A stretch of DNA of 13,188 nucleotides, from the NCBI GenBank assembly GCA_965214835.1, contig CBDCCK010000001.1, forward strand, positions 1-13,188, read 5' to 3'. Shown in pieces: positions 1 to 7,796 of this stretch (its first letter is position 1; each line of letters opens with the position of its first letter). The notes beneath the pieces were generated by a model. The model was not told the origin of the DNA, searched no databases, and saw nothing but the letters and a program-made list of their open reading frames with translations. A program made the translations under genes and the position numbers. Source of the stretch: Nitrosopumilaceae archaeon. Lineage in GTDB: Archaea; Thermoproteota; Nitrososphaeria; Nitrososphaerales; Nitrosopumilaceae.

Positions 1-227
1 GGATCCAAACTCGTGAAGCCCGTCTGCGTCTGCGTCTGAGAATGCGCCCTCCCAGTGCCTGTCCGCATAGTTTCCGGCCGCGGTTATCCACAGTATCCCG
101 CTGTCCCGCGCCTCGCTCACCTTTTGCGAGATCTCGCTGGTCCCGTCATACGGTCCTACGCCCGACAATCCCAACGACATGCTGACGATGCCAATGTCTC
201 CCCTTTCTATGATGTAGTCGATCAGCC
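1..227 (-). pseudogene. S8 subtilase, part downstream of the IS66 insertion (continues beyond the window start)
   Basis: Manual translation of the reverse complement of 219..1 gives DYIIERGDIGIVSMSLGLSGVGPYDGTSEISQKVSEARDSGILWITAAGNYADRHWEGAFSDADADGLHEFGS. This contains the subtilase SMSLG motif and the oxyanion-hole AAGN motif. It is in frame with ...VPNLIRLI (ending at 1984) once the IS and one TSD copy are removed. Confidence 0.9.
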
Positions 228-250
228 GTAATAGGTTAGCCCCTGCCTAG
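228..250. repeat. IS66 terminal inverted repeat (downstream of transposase)
   Basis: Exact reverse complement of 1961-1983. Confidence 0.95.
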
Positions 251-319
251 AGTTAAAGTCACACCCACCGTCTTTTCAGGCATGAAAATCACAACTGCAG
301 GCAGATTAGTGCAGGATTG

Positions 320-1909
320 CTAGGGGCAGACGACCACGTACCCGGGGTTTCTGACCAGCGCGTCCCTGATCATGTCCGTAACGTTGCACCCCCGGAGGCG
401 CCATGTCTCGATGCACGTCAACATGTTACCGAACATCTTCTGTCCGTCTTTTGTCCGCAGTCCGAACCGTATCTTGCGCGCGATCACGCCGGGCCTCAGC
501 GTGCGCTCTGCCAGGTTGTTGGTGGGATCCATCCCAGGACGCGTCGTAAACGTGTAGAGAAACTCCGAGGCGTTGTCAATCTTTGTGGCACAGCTGTCAC
601 ATCCTTCCTTCCTGTATGTGGCGGCAATCTCGCGTGTTTCTGCCACCCGACTGTCGTGCTGCCTGGCAGCCTCCTCCGGCGGCCCCGGCCCCTTGGCGCA
701 ATGCATCTGCCACTTGAGGCGCTCGCCTGCGGCGCGAACCTCCGGGGAGTCCGTTTTCTCGCTTTGGGCGTCTGCCTCCCGGATTATGTGGGCCCAGCAC
801 CGCTGCCTGTTCCTGCCAAAGAACTTGTCGTATCCGGGGTATCCGTCAGTCACCCCGACTCTGGGCACGTATGAAAAGTGCTCATCCAGTACGGATGCCC
901 TCCTGCTGTCAGTTGCCACCATGTGCGCGCCGACGGCATTGCCGTCCTTGACGCCCACTGCCACCCACATGTAGCCGCTCTTGCCGTCGTATGGCATCCC
1001 CGTCTCGTCCATGTGGACGTGGTCGCATCCTGCAATGTCTTTTTTGATGTCCTCCACGCACGGATCAAGCTTCTTTGTAACGGTCTTGAGGCAGTTCTGT
1101 ATCATCGCCTTGCTTACATCAATTTTAAAGATCTCCTTTACGATGCGCCTGATCGTGCCGACGGATGCCGGCATGGTGTACAGGGTGCCGATATAGGAGG
1201 CAATGTTGGGTCCAAACTCGGTGCCCGGAACGACCAGCCCGCCCCCGTTTGTCGTGGTGGTGGCGCCGCACTTGCGGCACTTGCGGCGGGTAAAGTAGTG
1301 CTGGGTCGTGACCGGCTCTGGGATCTCTGGAATGTCAGTAGCCATCCTAGTTCCGGCGGGAACCGGATCTGTCAGGTCGCGCCCGTTGCACGCGCCGCAC
1401 ATGTCAGGCACGTGGTTCATTTCCCGGGTCGGTGTTCTCCTGTGTGATATGCCCTCGTGTCCGGGCCTGCGGCCCGGCCTTGCCGGTGCCCTTCCAGATG
1501 CCCCTGCCGCGGCTGCTGCCTTTTTCTGCCTGGTCGGAATCGAGTTCTGCGAGGAGGGGCTGTGCGGGTTCTCATAATATGTGATGCGTTGTTTGAACTG
1601 CTTGATTTGTGCTGTCTGCGTCGCGATTTGCGCGGCAGAGACGGCATTGTCAGATTTGCGTCCCGCCTTCTCAGCGGCAAGCTCCTCCCGTGTCCTCTGA
1701 TGTTCCTTCTGCTCCTTCTGAAGCTTGCCTTGCGTCCTCTGATGTTCCTTCTGCTCCTTCTGAAGCTTGCCTTGCGTCCTCTGATGTTCCTTCTGCTCCT
1801 TCTGAAGCTTGCCTTGCGTCCTCTGATGTTCCTTCTGCTCCTTCTGAAGTTCCGCTTTTTCGCGGGCAAGCTCATTGCATAGTTCCTTGAATTCCGAGGC
1901 TGTAGGCAT
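320..1909 (-). CDS. IS66-family DDE transposase (TnpC-like), apparently intact
   Basis: The protein has an N-terminal coiled coil, SPSS/GRRPGHEG, a zinc finger (CGAC...CRKC), and the motifs HMDETG, VTDGYPGY, QRCWAHIIR and PTNNLAERTLR. The likely start is ATG 1909 (MPTASEF); the ORF-track start at 1960 is a TTG abutting the TIR. Confidence 0.93.
   Translation of the reverse strand: MPTASEFKELCNELAREKAELQKEQKEHQRTQGKLQKEQKEHQRTQGKLQKEQKEHQRTQGKLQKEQKEHQRTREELAAEKAGRKSDNAVSAAQIATQTAQIKQFKQRITYYENPHSPSSQNSIPTRQKKAAAAAGASGRAPARPGRRPGHEGISHRRTPTREMNHVPDMCGACNGRDLTDPVPAGTRMATDIPEIPEPVTTQHYFTRRKCRKCGATTTTNGGGLVVPGTEFGPNIASYIGTLYTMPASVGTIRRIVKEIFKIDVSKAMIQNCLKTVTKKLDPCVEDIKKDIAGCDHVHMDETGMPYDGKSGYMWVAVGVKDGNAVGAHMVATDSRRASVLDEHFSYVPRVGVTDGYPGYDKFFGRNRQRCWAHIIREADAQSEKTDSPEVRAAGERLKWQMHCAKGPGPPEEAARQHDSRVAETREIAATYRKEGCDSCATKIDNASEFLYTFTTRPGMDPTNNLAERTLRPGVIARKIRFGLRTKDGQKMFGNMLTCIETWRLRGCNVTDMIRDALVRNPGYVVVCP
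1692..1849. repeat. 42-bp perfect tandem repeat (3 full copies + 32 bp) encoding QKEQKEHQRTQGKL
   Basis: The unit GTCCTCTGATGTTCCTTCTGCTCCTTCTGAAGCTTGCCTTGC starts at 1692, 1734 and 1776, with a partial copy at 1818. Confidence 0.95.
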
Positions 1910-1930
1910 GTATTTCCCGGGTAATGATAG

Positions 1931-1936
1931 TTTATA
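1931..1936 (-). promoter_or_regulatory. Putative archaeal TATA box of the IS66 transposase
   Basis: TATAAA on the minus strand lies 22-27 nt upstream of ATG 1909, spacing consistent with a leaderless archaeal transcript. Confidence 0.45.
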
Positions 1937-1960
1937 GATCAGGTGGTCAGAAAAAATCAA

Positions 1961-1983
1961 CTAGGCAGGGGCTAACCTATTAC
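1961..1983. repeat. IS66 terminal inverted repeat (upstream of transposase)
   Basis: Exact reverse complement of 228-250. Confidence 0.95.
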
Positions 1984-2363
1984 GATCAGCCTTATCAGAT
2001 TTGGCACGGAATCCACGTTGTAAAGATGCAGCTCGACGCCGGGGGCAACGTCTACGACTATCTGCGCGGTTGCGGTCCCGTGGGAGGTGCGTCCCGCTGG
2101 TGCAATGTCGCCGCTTGAGCGAAACGATCTGGTCTCATTTATGTTGGATGATATCTCTGTGTCTCTCACGTCAAACCCGGAGTGATGACTGCCACCCTGA
2201 TCCCGCTGCCGTTGTTTCCCAGGCCGTTTACTATGTGTGACTCTACGGTGTATGCGCCCTGGCTTGTTACTGACTGGCCATGCGCGATGGCGTAAAGCTG
2301 GCCTAGGGACAGCACGAGTATCAGCACAATCAGCGGTGCCGCTGCAAGCGATGGTGCCGGCAT
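1984..2363 (-). pseudogene. Secreted S8 subtilase, N-terminal part (signal peptide, catalytic Asp and His regions), frameshifted and IS-interrupted
   Basis: ATG 2363 gives the signal peptide MPAPSLAAAPLIVLILVLSLGQLYAIAHG, then QSVTSQG...GNNGSGIRVAVI. Restoring one G between 2184 and 2183 (atc [g]ac tcc ggg ttt) gives VAVIDSGFDVRDTEI and joins the frame containing SHGTATAQIVVDVAPGVELHLY. Confidence 0.88.
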
Positions 2364-2370
2364 GGCGGGC

Positions 2371-3018
2371 CTATGCCGCGGCAATCCCCTTTTTCCCCCG
2401 TCTGGCCTGCCAGACCAGGGCGGTGGCGGCGGCAGCGGGGATCAGCAGTACCAGAAGGTAGTGGTGCGGATCCCACGACAACTGTGGCCCGTCGCCCGGC
2501 GGCGTGGCCGGGCTGCCTGCCTGCCCCTCGATCATCGCAGGCGCCATCCTTATCCGGTCTATCTCGTCGTATTGCGCCAGCCGCAGTATGCTTGAGGCCG
2601 GCATGTCTGCGTGTATGCCGAGGCCGGAGGTTCCGACCACGTCTATTCCGAGACCGTCAGGAAGGGCAAACCCCTCCGAGCCGGACTTTATGCGGATGAT
2701 TACGGGTATCTTCTCACCGCCCAGCGCCCCCGCATCCGCCGTTGATCTGGAAAGGTCGCCGTCCCCCCTCCCCGGCACGGGGATGAGGTGCTGCAGCGAC
2801 TGGGATATCTTGGAGTCCTTGCCCGTATGGTTCTTTACTGTGACCGGCACGCATTCGGACTCCGAGTAGCAAAGGCTGGCGGTCCTTGTGTCGTTTCCCC
2901 CGGGCCCCTTCTCCGGCGGCAAGGCGTCCTGCGCATGCACGCCGGAGGCCGGCACCAGAAGGACCAGTACTACGACAGATGCAATCACGGGGGCAAGCGG
3001 CGTCAGTCTTGCATGCAC
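2371..3018 (-). CDS. Secreted, C-terminally membrane-anchored protein resembling a subtilase pro-domain (I9-like)
   Basis: The probable start is GTG 3018 (the ORF extends to 3159). It has a signal peptide (HARLTPLAPVIASVVVLVLLVPASGVHA|QD) and a core SKISQSL...IPVIIRI...IHADMPASSILRLAQYDEIDRIR that resembles S8 pro-regions. A Pro/Gly linker, a TM helix YLLVLLIPAAAATALVW and a basic tail RRGKK follow. The stop lies 7 nt before the S8 ATG. The CDS call is confident; the function is inferred. Confidence 0.7.
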   Translation of the reverse strand: MHARLTPLAPVIASVVVLVLLVPASGVHAQDALPPEKGPGGNDTRTASLCYSESECVPVTVKNHTGKDSKISQSLQHLIPVPGRGDGDLSRSTADAGALGGEKIPVIIRIKSGSEGFALPDGLGIDVVGTSGLGIHADMPASSILRLAQYDEIDRIRMAPAMIEGQAGSPATPPGDGPQLSWDPHHYLLVLLIPAAAATALVWQARRGKKGIAAA

Positions 3019-3202
3019 AAAGGATGTGCCAGCAATGTGACGGATCTGCCATAACAACAGATGCGGAAGGATCAAAAAGTTCTTGGAGGAAAGTTTCATG
3101 GCCGGTTTGGGCGGAACCTGATGTTGTACGTTGTGGGAGGCACCAATAGTCTTGAGCATCTAGTCCCCCCTCCCCCAGAAATTTTAGCGTCTGTTTCTTC
3201 CA

Positions 3203-6200
3203 TTACTTGGATAACCTGCCGTACATGTCTTTCCACTCGTACCTAAAGAATCTATCCCTTGTTGCCCACGGATGATTCTGTTTCAGTCTTGACAGCATGG
3301 ATTTGTCATTTATCTGCGGGCGCGTTGGGCTTTCGTGGTGATACGACCTTGCATATGGCGTATACAAAACGACAAGGCCGCTTTCGTTCAGTCTGAGACA
3401 AAAGTCGTAATCGTCATAGTTTCTCAGCGACTCGTCGTATCCGTCGAGCCTTTCGAACACCTCTCTGGGCACCATGTAGCACGCGCTGGTCACTGCGCTG
3501 GTTTCCCTGACCACCTGGGCCAGCCCGTTGACCTCGAAGCTGTCCGGGCGCATGCCGTTAAAGCAGTGGTCGCCCGTCACGTTGGGCGTTATATAGTCGC
3601 CTGCGTGCTGCAGTATGTTGTTTGGGTAAATCAGCATGCTGCCTACGACACCTACGTTATCCAACTGACACAGCTGGAGCATCTGCTCTATCCAGTCCGG
3701 CGAGATGATCTCCGTGTCGTCATTGAGGAAAACAATGTACGGGGCGGAGGTGTGCTTTGCCCCGATGTTGTTCATTCTAGACCAGTTGTATGGCAGATCA
3801 GGCCCTATCAGGCCGTCCTTGCCTGTAATTGGCATCAGTTCGCTGCACGAAGAGTCGTGAATCCGTACCGTGGCATAGTCGGTCTTCCCGTTGACTAGTG
3901 CCCAAAGCCTGTAGTTCTTCCACGTTGACTTTTCAATGATCGAGCCAACGCATTTTTTGAGAAAAGAAATCTGCCTGGTGGGAATCAGAATGTCAACTGA
4001 CGGCGTGCCGGATATTCTGTAATCGATCCTGTACAGTCCGTGTCCCCTGCCGATGGAGGACTTTGCGTCGGTTCCCATCCTGCGCAAGTGGGACTGCAAA
4101 GCGGCATTTCCGCGCTCATAAATGTGATCCTTTGCCAGCGCATTTTCGGCACCAGATCCTGGGCTTTTTCTCCAGTGGTAGAGCACCTTTGGAATGTGAT
4201 GGACCCTTCTAGTCTTCTCTATTATGCGAAGAAATAGATCATAGTCCTGCGCCCCGTCATATGCCGAGTCAAAGCCGCCCACCTGATCCAACACGCTTTT
4301 CCGCATCACGCAAGCGTGTGGCAGGTAGTTCATGCTGAGCAAAAGGTGATATGAAAAGTCCGGCTTGTAAAACGGCTCTACAAAATTTCCCTGCCTGTCA
4401 ATCTTGTCTTCGTCCGAATAAATCATGTCAATAGTCCTGTCTGCGTTCAGGCTCTTTACGATCTCATACATTGCGTTGCCGCCAAGTTCGTCGTCGTGAT
4501 CCAGCAACAGAACATATTCTCCCGTGGCAATGCCTAGCGCGCTGTTTGTCGCACCGGAGATTCCTTGATGCGCATCGGACCACACGACCTTGATCCGCGG
4601 ATCCCTGTCGGACCAGAACCTTATTCGATTTTTTGTTTTGTGGGAAGAGGCGTCATCGGCAATGCACAGCTCCCAGTCCTGATACGCTTGGTTGCGCAGC
4701 GACGATATTGCCAAATCCAGCCATGCCACTTTTGTGTTGTATGTGGGCATCAGCACGCTTATACGCGGTCTGTATCTGAAGGAGTCGCACTCGTCTTGCA
4801 CATCAGACACTCTTGTGGGCTCTGCATCACTTGGCCGGATCTCTGATGCGGCCACCGTGAATTCCCTCCTTCTTATTTTTTCTCGGATATGATGCATGAA
4901 CGCACCGATGCCTTCGGATCTTATGACTCTCCTGCTGGCAGAGGCGGTGTTCCTTGCCTCCTTTAACTTGTCTATCTTGGATCCGCAGTACATGGTTACC
5001 CTGAATCCAAACCCGGACTTTGTTGATTCTAATTCTTTTTGCAGTGCGTCTACCTGCCTGCCCAGCTCTGCCTTGTCCCCCTCCAGTGCGTCTACCTGCC
5101 TGCCCAGCTCTGCCTTGTCCCCCTCCAGTGCGTCTACCTGCCTGCCCAGCTCTGCCTTGTCCCCCTGGATCTCAGCAATAAAAGCATCCTTTTCTTGAAT
5201 GGTTTTCAGCGAGTCAGGCAGGGAGGCTTCTGCTTCCTGAAGCTTGGCTGTCAGTGAGGAGTTTTTTTCTGACAATCTAAGCGAGTAAAGCAGCAATTCA
5301 TAATAATTCTTGTACTTTCTTAGCTCCACCTTGTGAGAATCGGTGGGATCGTCTGAAATTACCCACTCGAGAAGGCGGACATAGTTTCTGTTCTTGACTT
5401 CCGGAAAGGCTTTTTGCAAATCTGGTCTTTTTGTATGATATATCTTCAATAGCCTGCCCAGCTCGGCCTTGTCCCCCTCTGACTCGCCCAAAGGCGGTTG
5501 CTGATCAGGTGCACAGGCATCTTCGGTTTGTTTTTTCTGAATCTGTGCTTTAATAAGCTCGCTTGTATTTTTTTTGTCTAGGTTTTTATAACAAATTTGC
5601 AGCAGGTTAAGGGCAGCCGCGTCATTGTTGACGATTAATGCGAATTCCAGCCATGTTTTGGCCTTTGTAAAGTCGTTATGGCTCATCAGCACATTACCCT
5701 GCAGTACGTACATTGCATAGTTGTTCCTGTCGCAACTGATCGCCTGATCCAGGATTTTGGAACATTTGTGATACTGCTGTAAATTATACAGGCACTTTGC
5801 ATGTCCCTCCAAGGCAGGGATGTATTCCGGATCTGTTTCAAGTATGTTTTTGTAAATGTTTGATGCAGCTGCCCACTCTGATGACCCTGCCAGATTATCG
5901 GCATTATAAAGATCCAACAACACCTGGTTCCTTGTTATGCAGTACTTTGCAGTTATGTATTTGTAAGTTGCACTTTCGTTCTTATCCACTAGGATGCTGA
6001 AATTGCGCGTTGCTCCTTGGACATTGATCCAGTATTCCCCGGTAGCTTTTGACACGTGTATGAAATAGGCATGTTTGGAAAATCTCCGTATTGCATCCCA
6101 GTCCTCCAAAAAATCCAATCTCTCGTCATATCTTTCGATATCGAATAGGGATTTTTTGTGCACGATTGCAAAATTTGGTATAAAATTGCCTTGATCCACC

Positions 6201-7419
6201 GGATCATACCTTGCATTCTTTAGCCTTTTCATCTCTTTTTTGATTGGAACCTGTACCCCGCTTTGATTCACCTTGCAATCTATTTGGATATAATCCGTGT
6301 ATACGAGCATTCTGGATTCGAATTTGACTAGTTCCCTTACCGTCACTTCCAAGTGATCCGCGTTCCACCTATCGTCATCATCAAGATACGCGATGACCTC
6401 CCCACCCGCTCTGTCGATTGCGTAGTTGTAAGCATAAGATTTGCCCCTGTTTTCTTCTAACCTCATGTATTTGATTCTGGGATCATCAAACTTGTCAATT
6501 ATGGGTCTGATCTCCCTGCCTCCATCATTGACTACAATCAGCTCAAAGTTTTCGTACGTTTGAGCCAATACCGACCTTATCGCTATGGGAATCGTAGTCT
6601 CCCCGTCCTTTGTCGCCATTATCACAGAGACGAGCGGGTTTTTCATGGTCTGGGCACGACTTTCACTTTGCGGTATCCATTTATGTAAAAAATATTCCCT
6701 GTTTTTTTGCTCCAAAAACGGCAGATCCGAATCCGGGTCATCTGTGTGTGGTAATGCCGTCTCGTTTGCACGGTAGACAAAGACATCTCCCGCAATCAGA
6801 ATCCTGTGTCCTGCGTCGCATATTCGCTTGCAGTAGTCATCGTCGTATAACGGGCCGGAGTTGAACCTTTCATCCAGACATCCTATGTCCGAGACAAGCC
6901 CTGATCTCATTACCATGCAAAAACCACCAATCCGGTGATAATCTGCTACCAGTCCCTTGTTTTTAACGCAAAAGATCTTCCCATATTTTTTTTCGGATCC
7001 GTTTCCCCGTCCCATGAGTAATCGCGTTGTATGGTTCCTGCAGTATTGCTCATAGGGCCTATGGCCCCCGCATCGGGATTATCTTCAAGACGTCCTACAA
7101 GCACATCCAACCAGTTCGGCGTTACTATTGTGTTACAGCTCAGCCATACTGTATATTTCGAACTGACCATTTCCAACCCCTGGTTGAGGGCTCTGACAAA
7201 CCCGACGTTTTTCTTATTTTCAACCAGCACGGAATTGTCAAATTGCTTTAGATGCTCTAGGGTTCCATCCGTGGAGTTGTTGTCTATGAATATGTATCTG
7301 TAGGAATTAGTGCCACCCGTGTTCCTTTCTACGCTTTCAAGACATTTTGTTACGTTGTCTATTTGGTTGCAGGTAACAATTATGATATCGCATGCGGGAG
7401 CAGAATTTTTTGCCAACAC
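3203..7419 (-). CDS. Multidomain glycosyltransferase (GT2 - GT2 - TPR - coiled coil - GT2 - GT2), split by a frameshift at A8 (6986-6993)
   Basis: ORF 7419-6946 carries a GT2 N-terminus (DIIIVTCN, FIDNNSTDGT, NVGFVRALNQG). That domain continues in ORF 7015-3203 (GFCMVM, IGCLDERF, DDDYCKR). Next come GT2 #2 (VSVIMAT, VNDGG, YLDDDD), TPR-like helices, RPDLQKAFPEV and a coiled coil. The protein ends with GT2 #3 (ISVLMPTYNT, LLDHDDEL, GAQDYDL) and GT2 #4 (DILIPT, FLNDDT, DYDFCLR, HHESPTR). Confidence 0.88.
5042..5166. repeat. 42-bp tandem repeat x3 encoding (E/Q)GDKAELGRQVDAL in the GT coiled coil
   Basis: The unit CAGTGCGTCTACCTGCCTGCCCAGCTCTGCCTTGTCCCCCTC starts at 5042, 5084 and 5126. A detached partial copy lies at 5452-5479. 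Confidence 0.95.
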
Positions 7420-7438
7420 CAGCCGAACGAAATTTTAC

Positions 7439-7453
7439 ATATTAACTGTTTTC
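7439..7453 (-). promoter_or_regulatory. Putative archaeal BRE/TATA for the glycosyltransferase
   Basis: The minus strand reads GAAAACAG-TTAATAT, with the TATA-like box about 20-26 nt upstream of GTG 7419. Confidence 0.4.
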
Positions 7454-7518
7454 GAGTCTACAGCTATGAAAAGTACTAAAAAATCGAGCAAAAACAGAAG
7501 ATGTACAGGGGACACGAT

Positions 7519-7598
7519 AGACTTTATGCGTAATCGACCTGAATGAGATGAATTTGTTCCTAATAATCCCGGATCTGAACCGATTACGCATAAAGTCT
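7519..7598. mobile_element. 80-bp MITE-like element or long hairpin
   Basis: Perfect 18-bp inverted repeats AGACTTTATGCGTAATCG (7519-7536) and CGATTACGCATAAAGTCT (7581-7598) enclose a 44-bp spacer. GAT flanks both sides (7516-7518, 7599-7601). Confidence 0.55.
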
Positions 7599-7635
7599 GA
7601 TGCCTGAATATCAGGGCAAAACAACAGACTTCACT

Positions 7636-7674
7636 TACTTTTCACTTAGCTGGTCTACAGATAAGTGAAAAGTA
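7636..7674. repeat. 13-bp perfect inverted repeat (hairpin or operator)
   Basis: TACTTTTCACTTA (7636-7648) and TAAGTGAAAAGTA (7662-7674); the 13-nt spacer has further CTG/CAG pairing. Confidence 0.7.
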
Positions 7675-7796
7675 TTCCAGCCAGGCAGAAAATCAAGTAG
7701 TTTAGGTAACCATATGTGTCTCAAAAACAAAATTCAGATGGTGCCAAGATAAATGGCAATGCAAACAGACAGATTGCCCCAAAAAAGAGGATATGT

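Larger units (their letters stand above)
228..1983 (-). mobile_element. IS66-family insertion sequence, single-ORF (ISBst12-like) type, 1756 bp
   Basis: Perfect 23-bp TIRs GTAATAGGTTAGCCCCTGCCTAG (228-250) and CTAGGCAGGGGCTAACCTATTAC (1961-1983), beginning with the IS66-typical GTAA. An 8-bp TSD GATCAGCC lies at 220-227 and 1984-1991. There is no room for tnpA/tnpB accessory genes. Confidence 0.95.

Noticed and set aside
21-38. (CGTCTG)n microsatellite
   Set aside because: It encodes DADADG, a Dx[DN]xDG-like Ca-binding motif in the S8 frame, and is too short to call a contingency repeat.
1692-1849. Tandem repeats here and at 5042-5166 as CRISPR arrays
   Set aside because: The units are contiguous with no unique spacers, are in frame within coding coiled coils, and no cas genes are present.
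317-1890. Plus-strand and alternate-frame ORFs overlapping the IS66 transposase
   Set aside because: They are shadow ORFs of a GC-rich gene with no recognisable motifs.
1692-5166. Common origin for the two 42-bp repeats (IS66 and GT)
   Set aside because: The unit sequences are unrelated, and the shared length is explained by coiled-coil heptad constraints.
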